Below the pieces are notes generated by a model that worked only from the letters and a program-made list of their open reading frames with translations, ran no database searches and was not told the origin of the DNA. DNA of 49,844 bases from Candidatus Njordarchaeota archaeon (GTDB lineage Archaea; Asgardarchaeota; Njordarchaeia; Njordarchaeales; Panguiarchaeaceae). Below, piece after piece: positions 8,728 through 17,582 of the stretch. The position numbers and the translations under genes are program-made. Position 1 is the first letter of the stretch, and the number at the start of each line of letters is the position of its first letter. The DNA lies in the NCBI GenBank assembly GCA_029856685.1, contig JAHKKZ010000003.1, forward strand, positions 1 to 49,844, written 5' to 3'.

Positions 8728-9324
8728 CTATAAGAATACCATGAAATTCTCAACGGGATCATCTATAGTCTCATCAACCCCAAGCATATCCCGTTCTCGA
8801 AGATACTGATTTGCTAGTAACCAATATATAAGTGCGAGTGCTTTGCGTCCCCTATTATTGCATGGTATGACCAAATCAACATTATATGGCTCGTTCGAGG
8901 TATCGGCTAATGCGACTACTGGGACTCCTATTTTATTAGCCTCACGTATAATGTTGGCTTCTTTCATCGGATCGGAGACAAATACGATTTCAGGTTCAAC
9001 ATACTGTGGGAGAGAAGGATTTGTTAATATTCCAGCATAATATTTTCCGATGCGAGCTATAATTCCCGTCCACTTAGAAAACATCAATAAAGGCTTCTGA
9101 GCATAAATCCTCATAGCAAAAGCGAATATTTGTTCAGGTTCGTAGTTAGCCAACATCTTCGCAGCTATCCTTATTCGCTCATCTGTCTTCCTGATGTCAA
9201 TCAAGTATACCCCTGCTTTTTTCGAATGTACATATTGTCTCATTGGTTCTGCAAGACTATGAGTTCCTATGTGTACACCAAACTTCATATATACCTTTGA
9301 TGGTACTAGGAGCTCTCCCGACAT
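8728..9324 (-). CDS. rps2: Ribosomal protein uS2
   Basis: GVHIGT, KTDERIRIAA, LTNP, DLVIPCNNRGRKAL. Confidence 0.95.
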   Translation of the reverse strand: MSGELLVPSKVYMKFGVHIGTHSLAEPMRQYVHSKKAGVYLIDIRKTDERIRIAAKMLANYEPEQIFAFAMRIYAQKPLLMFSKWTGIIARIGKYYAGILTNPSLPQYVEPEIVFVSDPMKEANIIREANKIGVPVVALADTSNEPYNVDLVIPCNNRGRKALALIYWLLANQYLRERDMLGVDETIDDPVENFMVFL

Positions 9325-9345
9325 CTTATCACCGCTCAGACCTAT

Positions 9346-9579
9346 CTACTTCTCCTTAGTCTCGACACGTATACTCCTAAACCATTTTTGTTCATATAAA
9401 ATCAGTGAGTCAATGAGCTCAATATGGCTAAGAAACATTCTTCTGCAACATTCCTTTTTAATACCTAAGCTATCTAGAACCAATCCTGGGTCTTCACCTG
9501 CTTTTACGCGTTTAGCAAATTCTTCCCATAAATGTCCTATAACCTCCCCACAACTAAAGCAACGAATTGGGATTATAAT
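9346..9579 (-). CDS. rpo10: RNA polymerase subunit Rpo10 (N), non-canonical ATT start; absent from ORF track
   Basis: Translates (M)[20 protein letters not shown]...[23 protein letters not shown]; SD GAGGTGA lies 6 nt upstream; in-frame TGA three codons upstream. Confidence 0.92.
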   Translation of the reverse strand: MIIPIRCFSCGEVIGHLWEEFAKRVKAGEDPGLVLDSLGIKKECCRRMFLSHIELIDSLILYEQKWFRSIRVETKEK

Positions 9580-9808
9580 TTCTGTTCACCTCGTCTTTAA
9601 TGTTTTACTGTCTAGCCCTAATACTCCGACATTGACACCTTCTTAACATATGATTATGACACTATAAAAGATAGCCTTCACTTTTAGCAAAATTAAAGCA
9701 ACGAGATATACTATTAGCCGACTTACGTATTTCCGATACCAATTAATCTAACCTTAAATTTGTAGAAGTTAATGATAGGAATTGTTCGTATTAGTTGGTG
9801 TTGGCTCA

Positions 9809-10489
9809 ATGAGAATAACAAAGCTAGAAGATCTACAAAAACCCCTTCATAGTTCTATTGAAAAGGCAGTAATGACAGCCCCACCAAGAAATTTTGAGGA
9901 GAGTGTCGAATGCATAATTGTAATCCGAGATATAGATCTTAGACGCCCAGAGAATAGATTCAGAATGTTTGTAAAGCTTCCTCATGAAGTTGCTAAGGTT
10001 GATAGGATAGGCGTATTTGCTGATGGCCCCCATCTTACACAGATACAGTCTGCTAAAATTGATGGCGTGATTTTAGAAGTAATAGACCGTGCGAAACTTG
10101 AGGTTATAAGAGCTAGACCGAGAATGACAAAGAAACTTGCTAAGAATTTCAGAATTTTCGTTGCAAGCGCACCGCTTATGACGGTTGTAGCTAGGTATAT
10201 AGCAAGATACTTAGCACCAAGAAATAAGATGCCAATACCAGTTCCACTAAACAAAAATATGGTTGATGCCGTAAACGAAGCCAAAAAGACCGTAGCTGTT
10301 AGGCTTTCTACAACACCACAAATAGCTACGAAAATTGGATATAAATCTATGCCGGTCGATCATCTGACTGAGAATGTTATGGCGTTGATAAGCAGTATCG
10401 TTAATAAACTGCCAAACGGCTTCAGAAATATAAGCGACATCTATGTCAAGACAACAATGGGGCCTGCTGTTAGGATTTCGATAGATTAA
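9809..10489 (+). CDS. rpl1: Ribosomal protein uL1
   Basis: RNFEESVE, LAPRNKMP, YVKTTMGP; start moved to ATG 9809. Confidence 0.93.
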   Translation: MRITKLEDLQKPLHSSIEKAVMTAPPRNFEESVECIIVIRDIDLRRPENRFRMFVKLPHEVAKVDRIGVFADGPHLTQIQSAKIDGVILEVIDRAKLEVIRARPRMTKKLAKNFRIFVASAPLMTVVARYIARYLAPRNKMPIPVPLNKNMVDAVNEAKKTVAVRLSTTPQIATKIGYKSMPVDHLTENVMALISSIVNKLPNGFRNISDIYVKTTMGPAVRISID

Positions 10490-10499
10490 GGGATTATCG

Positions 10500-11531
10500 A
10501 TGTCTTCCTATATGGTATATAAGCGGAAGAAGCCTTATCCCGAGAAGAAAAAAAGAAAAATAAAGGAGATTGCAAATTTGTTTAGGGAATATCATAACAT
10601 TCTACTTATTGGTATACGGGACGTTAATGCTAATCAGATGAAAGAACTGCGAAGGAAGCTTTGGGGCAAAGCTATCTGCAAGGTCATAAAGAACACTCTA
10701 GCTGAGTTGGCAATTGATACTGTTGCTAAGAAAAGAACAGAAGTCGCAATTTTGAAGGATTATCTGGTTGATATGCACGCACTAGTATTTACAAATGATG
10801 ACCCATTTGAAATAGCACGAATAATAGATTCCATTAAGGAAGACAGACCTCTTAAACCAGGACGAGTATCGCCAGTTGATGTTGTTATAAAGAAAGGTTT
10901 TACGGGATTTAGGCCTGGACCAGAACTTAATGAGATGAGAATGGCAGGGCTTCCGGTCAGGATACTTGATGGTGAGGTATTCATAACAAAGGATCATGTT
11001 TTGGTGCGAGCTGGGCAAGTAGTATCACCGTACGCAGCACGTGTCATGGCTCTCTTAGACATCAAACCTTTAAAGATCGGACCTAAAGTAATTATGGGAA
11101 TAGTTGATGGAATGCTTGTTAGTGGTGAGATTCTCCTTAAGCCATTTGAGGAGTATATTAAGGAGATTCAGATTACTATAAATGAAACAAAGACATTAGC
11201 TATTGAAGCGAAAATCTTCGTTCCAGAACTATTTGAAGACTTCGTAGGCCTCTCTATTAGAGAAGCTATAAGCTTGGCTACTATTATTGGATTTATCGCT
11301 CCTGATACACTACCAGAGGCGATAAGAGTAGCACTAAGTGAGATCTCCACGCTCCTAAATACCATAAAAGATGAGATTCCAGAAATCCCGGAGGATCTAC
11401 AGAAACTAATTTCTGCGACACCCACTAAGGAGAAAAAGGAAGAAGAGAAGAATGTGGAGAGAAAGAAAGAGGAGAAAAAGAAGAAAGAGGGTGAAGAGGA
11501 AGCACTAGCGGGATTAAACCTACTTTTCTAA
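10500..11531 (+). CDS. rpl10: Ribosomal protein uL10 (P0)
   Basis: VIKNTL, TGFRPGP, acidic stalk tail [12 protein letters not shown]. Confidence 0.95.
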   Translation: MSSYMVYKRKKPYPEKKKRKIKEIANLFREYHNILLIGIRDVNANQMKELRRKLWGKAICKVIKNTLAELAIDTVAKKRTEVAILKDYLVDMHALVFTNDDPFEIARIIDSIKEDRPLKPGRVSPVDVVIKKGFTGFRPGPELNEMRMAGLPVRILDGEVFITKDHVLVRAGQVVSPYAARVMALLDIKPLKIGPKVIMGIVDGMLVSGEILLKPFEEYIKEIQITINETKTLAIEAKIFVPELFEDFVGLSIREAISLATIIGFIAPDTLPEAIRVALSEISTLLNTIKDEIPEIPEDLQKLISATPTKEKKEEEKNVERKKEEKKKKEGEEEALAGLNLLF

Positions 11532-11879
11532 AACCCTTTTTACTTTCATAACGATACTCTGTATTTTTTCTAAGTCTAAACTTTTTCTAGACATCGCCGC
11601 GACAACAAGACTATAATCACCATGTCTCACAAAAAGCAGGGCCAAACCACTTTGTAAGTATATTGTGAAAAAATTTATTTTGCCTGACATCGAAGGTACT
11701 CTATTAAGAGCATCCTCCGCGCTTTGAGCAATAATACCTGCGAACTCCACTATTTTGTATGCATTTTCTAGGTCTAAGTTCGCCTTTACTATCTCTTGGT
11801 GCCTACATAAAACGACGTATTTTATGTCTTCTCGGTTTACTAGGGCTTCATATATCTCTTCTAAACTCAAACATACCAC
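11520..11879 (-). CDS. Roadblock/LC7 domain protein
   Basis: Helix-strand-strand-helix-3 strand-helix pattern (IKYVVLC...GKINFFTIYLQSG...YSLVVAA). Confidence 0.65.
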   Translation of the reverse strand: MVCLSLEEIYEALVNREDIKYVVLCRHQEIVKANLDLENAYKIVEFAGIIAQSAEDALNRVPSMSGKINFFTIYLQSGLALLFVRHGDYSLVVAAMSRKSLDLEKIQSIVMKVKRVLEK

Positions 11880-11880
11880 C

Positions 11881-12432
11881 TCATAGGAGTCTACGTATTT
11901 CCAAAAGCAACCTTAAAATTTCTAAGAGATCCTTGATGCTGAGTCTTCTAATTTCGAACTCGAGGGTATAGCTTATTTGATCCAAAATTCTTTTAACAAG
12001 TAGTTCTAGGAGCTTATCGATGTCTTCCATTTCGCTGGTTGGAAATCTAGGCTTTTCTTTCCCTGTATAAGCTCTTTCTTTAATTGTCTTATTCCCAACT
12101 CTAGGTTTCTCCTTAAATTCTACGATCTCTCCGCCACCAACTTCTCCTATAACTTTTATCCTTGATTTATCAATTCTTTTAAGCTCTTCTGGTGTGGCTA
12201 GGAATACCTCACAGTTAGGGCAATATCTTAACCCTACATCTTTTCTTAGAAATAGAATAGCTCCACAGCGGGGACATGTCTCATCGAGCATCCTGTGGCC
12301 TTCCCTGAGAAGCAAAACCATTTTTTGGATAAGCTTATCTTTAAGCTCTGGATTTCTTATCCAACTTTCCTCTTTATCATCTTTTCTCTTCAATATCCAG
12401 CACCTAACTAAGTATGTGGTAAAGAACTGCAA
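11881..12432 (-). CDS. Zn-ribbon protein, Auto_anti-p27/SSSCA1 (UPF0148) family
   Basis: KM..LL..G..ML...CPRCG..LF.......YCPNC; true start probably downstream. Confidence 0.85.
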   Translation of the reverse strand: MQFFTTYLVRCWILKRKDDKEESWIRNPELKDKLIQKMVLLLREGHRMLDETCPRCGAILFLRKDVGLRYCPNCEVFLATPEELKRIDKSRIKVIGEVGGGEIVEFKEKPRVGNKTIKERAYTGKEKPRFPTSEMEDIDKLLELLVKRILDQISYTLEFEIRRLSIKDLLEILRLLLEIRRLL

Positions 12433-12565
12433 AATCAGATATCAGCATTAATTATGATTAAGTTAATATCAACACAAGATTAAAGAATTATCAAAGCGTT
12501 ACCACATTATTTTTATGCTAACAATGTTAGTATGTATGGTATTCGAGGAGTACATGGTGATTCAA

Positions 12566-13081
12566 ATGCCAACTAAGAGAGAGGCAAAATGTTATAGAAA
12601 AATACCTAATCACCTATACACGCGCAGAGAATACATAAAAAGTATACCACAGTCGAAGATCAGGATTTACAACATGGGAAATCCAAACAACAAATATGAT
12701 TATAAGATATTCATAGTGTCCGATCAACGTACTATGATACTGGCGAGGGCATTAGAAGCTACAAGAATCACAGTGAATAGATACATGAATGAAAACGTAG
12801 GAAGAGGAAACTTTTTCTTCCGAATAAGACCTGTGCCACACCATATTGTTCGGGAAAGAAAATTCCTTGGAACTGCAGGAGCAGATAGAATCCAAAAGGG
12901 TATGAGACGAGCATACGGTAAGCCATCCGACCGAGCAGCTGTGGTTGACATTAATGACATTATTTTAGAGTTGTGGGTATATTCCAAAGACCTAGAGCAC
13001 GCTAAACGTGCCGCAAAACTTGCGACATATAAACTAGGCATAGATACCCGAGTGGAGATCGTTCCGTTTGGCAAGCAATAA
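12566..13081 (+). CDS. rpl10e: Ribosomal protein uL16 (L10e)
   Basis: YTRREYI, ALEATRI, AGADRIQKGMRRAYGKP; start moved to ATG 12566 after GGTGA. Confidence 0.95.
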   Translation: MPTKREAKCYRKIPNHLYTRREYIKSIPQSKIRIYNMGNPNNKYDYKIFIVSDQRTMILARALEATRITVNRYMNENVGRGNFFFRIRPVPHHIVRERKFLGTAGADRIQKGMRRAYGKPSDRAAVVDINDIILELWVYSKDLEHAKRAAKLATYKLGIDTRVEIVPFGKQ

Positions 13082-13198
13082 TCGCTGGATTATGCTGACC
13101 ATATATAAGGAATCCTATTGTCTATGTGTTTTTGGTTTAGCTTTTAATTCTAAGAATTATTATGAGAGATTGTTTGCTTAGTGCAAATGGGTGTTTTA

Positions 13199-13696
13199 AT
13201 GGCGAAGAAAAAAGCCAAGATGACGCTACCGAAGACTGTCATAAGCAAATTTATGAGACCTAGTGAATTTAAAAATGTTGTCCGTATAACCGACACGGAT
13301 TTACCTGGTGAGATGCCAGTACTCTATGCATTAACTCGAATTGTAGGTGTGAATATCAGTTTTGCAAATGCTGTTGTTAAACAAGCTGGTGTGGATCCTA
13401 ACCGGCTACTCGGCACACTCTCGGATGAGGAAATTGCTCGTCTTGATAGCATTATCAGGGAACCTATTAGACATGGAATTCCTTGGTGGTTAGTGAATAG
13501 ACGATATGATCGTAAGACCGGTGAACATAAACATCTTATTGGTAGCCATCTTACTCTTCAACTTAAGAGGGATATTGAGTACCTCATAAACCTGAAGCAT
13601 TGGAGGGGAATACGCCATGCAAAAGGACTTAAAGTAAGAGGACAAAGACTTGGGCGGAGTAGGCCTAGGGCTATAATCCACCATCTTAAGAGGTGA
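13199..13696 (+). CDS. rps13: Ribosomal protein uS13
   Basis: VRITDTDLPG, IPWWLVNRR, WRGIRH..GLKVRGQR; start uncertain (13181-13199). Confidence 0.95.
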   Translation: MAKKKAKMTLPKTVISKFMRPSEFKNVVRITDTDLPGEMPVLYALTRIVGVNISFANAVVKQAGVDPNRLLGTLSDEEIARLDSIIREPIRHGIPWWLVNRRYDRKTGEHKHLIGSHLTLQLKRDIEYLINLKHWRGIRHAKGLKVRGQRLGRSRPRAIIHHLKR

Positions 13697-14226
13697 TTAG
13701 AATGCGACGTTTAAGAAAGAAGTATAAATCTCCTAGAAAACCTTTTGAAAGGGACAGGTTAATCGAAGAAATGCGCCTAGTCGGAGAATACGGTCTCAGA
13801 AATAAACGTGAGTTGTGGCGTATGAAGACCCTCCTCTCGGAGATAAGAAGGCGCGCTAGAAAACTCCTTGCTATCCCACCAGAAGAAAGGAAAGAAGAGG
13901 AAAAAACCCTCATTGAACGCCTTTATCGGTTAGGAATTCTCGATAGGGACTCCACATTAGATGACATATTAAGACTTAGAGTAGAAGATCTGCTTGAAAG
14001 ACGACTTCAAACAGTTGTTTGGAGACTTGGCTATGCTAGGACCCCTCATCAAGCACGACAAATGATTGTTCATAGACATATTATAGTTAATGGAAGAATA
14101 GTTACAATACCTTCATACTTGGTCAAAAGAGATGATGTGATTGAAATACATCCCCGATCACCATTTGCTAAAATGTTGGCCGGGGAGAGAGAAGCTGCTC
14201 AACAATCAGAAGAGAGTAGACAATAA
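13693..14226 (+). CDS. rps4: Ribosomal protein uS4
   Basis: YGLRNKRELW, LERRLQT, QARQMIVHRHI. Confidence 0.95.
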   Translation: MIRMRRLRKKYKSPRKPFERDRLIEEMRLVGEYGLRNKRELWRMKTLLSEIRRRARKLLAIPPEERKEEEKTLIERLYRLGILDRDSTLDDILRLRVEDLLERRLQTVVWRLGYARTPHQARQMIVHRHIIVNGRIVTIPSYLVKRDDVIEIHPRSPFAKMLAGEREAAQQSEESRQ

Positions 14227-14228
14227 AA

Positions 14229-14816
14229 ATGTCTAGTGATAGGAAGTATTACTTACTTATTTTTGAGTTAGAAACTCCCAGCGATCTCTGCCGTGTGCTC
14301 TATTGGGATTTTCTTATACATCCATCACCAAAATTGTTGTTGAGGGAACATAATGAGATTTTCTTCTTTTCATCGTGTTATTTGAGGGGCCGAGATAGTA
14401 GCTATCTTTGCTTCGGGTTTTCTGTTGCAACTTCAAAAAGACAAAACACATACTTGGTTTGCTCGGAGGATAAGGGATACTTATCAGAGACACCAGATAG
14501 CAAAGCGTCGGCTTCCATCCGGATATTCGATGTAGTAGGTCTCTTTGGAGAGCATGTAAAAAAGCTTGAGTTTGATCACAAGCATTTCTTAGATTGGGCT
14601 TATTTCGTCAGAGCGGATGGAAAAGCTGTTAAGCATATAATTTCTAGGAGAAGACGAATATTACTAATGCCAGCATTGGGAGACTATCTGATATTCATTG
14701 GAAAAAATATCTTTAAGATCATTCAACCAAACGACAAACTCAACTTAGGAATTTCTCCAGCAATATTTCGTAACATAAAACTATATCAGATAGCCTCAAA
14801 AAATGAGGCAGTATGA
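14229..14816 (+). CDS. Hypothetical protein
   Basis: 195-aa ORF starting 2 nt after uS4; no motif recognised. Confidence 0.55.
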   Translation: MSSDRKYYLLIFELETPSDLCRVLYWDFLIHPSPKLLLREHNEIFFFSSCYLRGRDSSYLCFGFSVATSKRQNTYLVCSEDKGYLSETPDSKASASIRIFDVVGLFGEHVKKLEFDHKHFLDWAYFVRADGKAVKHIISRRRRILLMPALGDYLIFIGKNIFKIIQPNDKLNLGISPAIFRNIKLYQIASKNEAV

Positions 14817-14854
14817 ATCTAAAATATTATTGTTGGAGAGATGATCGCTGGTTT

Positions 14855-15475
14855 TTACCAATATGTTATGTCCTCTTCCAACCCTTCTTTCTCCTCTTCC
14901 TCCTCACGTTCTAGTTTTAATAGCTTTTCTGATACATAGATCTCCGCTCCACACTTAAGAGCCACTAATATTGCATGCGACGGTATCATTCTGAAAACTT
15001 TTTTCTCATTATTGCTACTAGGAGATTCCTCAAGCTCTACATCTGCTACGTAAACTCCTAATTCGGGAATTATATCGGATATTATGACCCTCTTTACTTT
15101 AACAAGTTCGCATATTAGGTCTGTCACTGATAAGCGAAAATCCTTAGTGGGTTTTTGTTGTTTGTTATTTGTTATAAACCAGATCTCCATGGCCACTTCC
15201 ACGGGGATTCCCATTAATCGTAATGTCCGATTATCCTCTAGACGGAGTTCGATTATTGGTCTACTCAGCTGCTCCCTAAGTTCTGGTATCAATGAGAGAG
15301 GAGCACGGGTATATCCAACGGGAAAGAGAGGTATTACCGTCTTAACCTTTATATATCTTTTGGCTGTTGCTTTTCTTTCGGACAATTCAGACTCCCAATA
15401 ACTTTGACTATAATTATGTAAGACTTCATCAGCTATATTATTTTTTATTTTTCGGGTGGGATACCCAATTTTCAT
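14855..15475 (-). CDS. Bifunctional nuclease (DUF151) family protein
   Basis: R.SVTDLI, VKRVIISD....GVYVA, PSHAILVALKCGAEIYVSE. Confidence 0.82.
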   Translation of the reverse strand: MKIGYPTRKIKNNIADEVLHNYSQSYWESELSERKATAKRYIKVKTVIPLFPVGYTRAPLSLIPELREQLSRPIIELRLEDNRTLRLMGIPVEVAMEIWFITNNKQQKPTKDFRLSVTDLICELVKVKRVIISDIIPELGVYVADVELEESPSSNNEKKVFRMIPSHAILVALKCGAEIYVSEKLLKLEREEEEEKEGLEEDITYW

Positions 15476-15496
15476 GAAGGATCTCTGGGATTCAAA

Positions 15497-16336
15497 ATGA
15501 CTGTGATTCAGCCAGTAAATATCCTGAAAGCTTATAGAATCTTAATCTCGCTTCCTAGCGGAATGGCGAGGGAAGAAATATTAGAGTTCATCATGGAGAG
15601 ATTCAAACTAAGTAAGACAACGGCAAAGATCTATCTTCGCGCCCTTAAATCTTGGGGTTTTCTGAAGGGAGAAAAAGAAATCTATGTTGAAAAGACAAAA
15701 CTTGAAAGCTTTATTCATCGATTACGTGAACTTATACTTGATGAGCTTGGAAATGATTTCATTTCCGCGCTTAAATCAGCTATTAATATGTTACCCAGCA
15801 GCTCTATAGAGGGTATAGCACTAATCCTTAAGACCCACGGTTTTGACATCAGTCTCTGGAAGTTAAAAAACATTATTCGTATCCTGAAACAGACGAATTT
15901 GCTGTCTAGAAAATACTTATACGAATTCCTAGAAATGGGCACTTCATTGTCTGATATTGCCTATAATATGATTGTAGCACGAGGTCGTTACCAGTTGAAC
16001 AAATTTTTGGAAATTTTCATATCGAATCTTAGCTTGGATTGCTGTGAAGCCAAGAAAATTGTTGTTCAGCTAGTCCAACATAAAAGAATCATGCTTAGTG
16101 CACCTAGAATCCTAATAAATTTATGGATCGAGGCTATCCAAGAGGGCATCTGCGATGTACTAAGGATTCATAGGGATAGGCTCAGGAAATATGTAGATTT
16201 AGACGAGTTAAGAAATTTATCAGCTGAGTATCCAGATATCGTATCCATCGAGGGAGACTTCATTATTATCAGGATTCTAGAGGGAGACTTCCTAATGGTT
16301 CCAGTATATCCACATAGTGAGTTGAAGTCTAGCTGA
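15497..16336 (+). CDS. Hypothetical tandem winged-helix protein
   Basis: Repeated wHTH-like units (SKTTAKIYLRALKSWGFL; LKNIIRILKQTNLL; AKKIVVQLVQHKRI). Confidence 0.55.
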   Translation: MTVIQPVNILKAYRILISLPSGMAREEILEFIMERFKLSKTTAKIYLRALKSWGFLKGEKEIYVEKTKLESFIHRLRELILDELGNDFISALKSAINMLPSSSIEGIALILKTHGFDISLWKLKNIIRILKQTNLLSRKYLYEFLEMGTSLSDIAYNMIVARGRYQLNKFLEIFISNLSLDCCEAKKIVVQLVQHKRIMLSAPRILINLWIEAIQEGICDVLRIHRDRLRKYVDLDELRNLSAEYPDIVSIEGDFIIIRILEGDFLMVPVYPHSELKSS

Positions 16337-17492
16337 AAGTTCTAGTGAATTTCTCTATAGCTGCTGCTGGGCCTCTTAGTATTAGAACATCCCCGGTTTC
16401 TAACCGCATTTTATCCTCGAAACTGAAATACCATGTTATTCCACGCCTAATTCCGAGTAGAAATACGCCGAAGTTTTCTTCCACATTAAGCTCTTCTAAA
16501 GTTTTACCCACTAGCTTGGATGATTCCTTGACTTTAAATGATATTATTTTTTCGTCAGCGACATCAAATATTATTCGGAAGAAAGAAGAGACTTCTATAC
16601 CTTTCTTCACTATTTGGGCTAATTTATACGCTGAGTCCGTTATACGCTCTGTAGCATCGATTATTGTGAAAAAGCCTCTTAATGCATCAATCTCATCAAA
16701 ATGCCTACTGATCCGCAAGGTATAGAGGTATAAGACCTCACGCATATAGTCTACCCACTGTTCTAAATGCTCAACTTCCTCGGCTAGTTTCACGTCTTCG
16801 GTTAGTAAAGCAAAATAGCTGAGAGCCAGACTTGTTTCAGCCATATATTTGAGTGATATTAATATATCGAAGAAATTCCTAAGATGTTCCGCGATGTTAA
16901 TTTTTGAATACATATCTCCTAGTTCTCTTCCTACGAGGTATTCATATGCGTCATCTATTCTCTCTTCGGGTCCTGTTAGGTATAAGGTATCGCCACGCCA
17001 GATCTTAAAATCACCCTGTGGATTTAGAATCCAATGCTTAGCTCTTTTTACAGCAATGACCCTCATACCTGTCTGATGTTCTATCTGGTCTATCTGCATA
17101 CCAGAAACTTTCTCATTTAGAATCTCAATCCGTATTGTCACCTCATCAGCATGTAGCAGAGCTTCTTTGAACACTCCAAGAGATATATCTTCTATCGTGA
17201 GTTTCGCTATATCTGCAGCCGCATCTGATATCTCTTCTAATGCACTAGCAAAAAGTATCAACGCATACATCTTCTCTGCGAGATCTAAATCCCTTCCTGC
17301 CATAACTGCTCTAATAATAACGTATCCAAGATATTCCGTGATTTTTGACTCAAGTCTGAGAGCTTCCTTAGCTGCTTCTTTATCATCATATATCACTGCT
17401 GAGTATGCTAGGTCAAGCTGTATTTCTGCTAGATCTTTTATTTGAACCAGAAGCTCCTTAAGCGACAAACTTGGTGTTTTTAATTTAGACAT
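16329..17492 (-). CDS. PhoU/TrkA-C (RCK-C) duplicated-domain protein (COG3273-like)
   Basis: Two DLAYSA/LSYFA helical PhoU units, each followed by an RCK-C unit (VIAVKR..W; LLGIRRG..W). Confidence 0.85.
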   Translation of the reverse strand: MSKLKTPSLSLKELLVQIKDLAEIQLDLAYSAVIYDDKEAAKEALRLESKITEYLGYVIIRAVMAGRDLDLAEKMYALILFASALEEISDAAADIAKLTIEDISLGVFKEALLHADEVTIRIEILNEKVSGMQIDQIEHQTGMRVIAVKRAKHWILNPQGDFKIWRGDTLYLTGPEERIDDAYEYLVGRELGDMYSKINIAEHLRNFFDILISLKYMAETSLALSYFALLTEDVKLAEEVEHLEQWVDYMREVLYLYTLRISRHFDEIDALRGFFTIIDATERITDSAYKLAQIVKKGIEVSSFFRIIFDVADEKIISFKVKESSKLVGKTLEELNVEENFGVFLLGIRRGITWYFSFEDKMRLETGDVLILRGPAAAIEKFTRTFS

Positions 17493-17582
17493 AGTGTTTT
17501 GACCCCATAGTAATTACGGATGTTTCCTTAATAAAAACAAGTATTAGAAGATTTAGAAAAATCAGGTTTTTGTGTTTCTGAT

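Noticed and set aside
9269-9646. 125-aa + strand ORF
   Set aside because: Antisense to rpo10 and the start of rps2.
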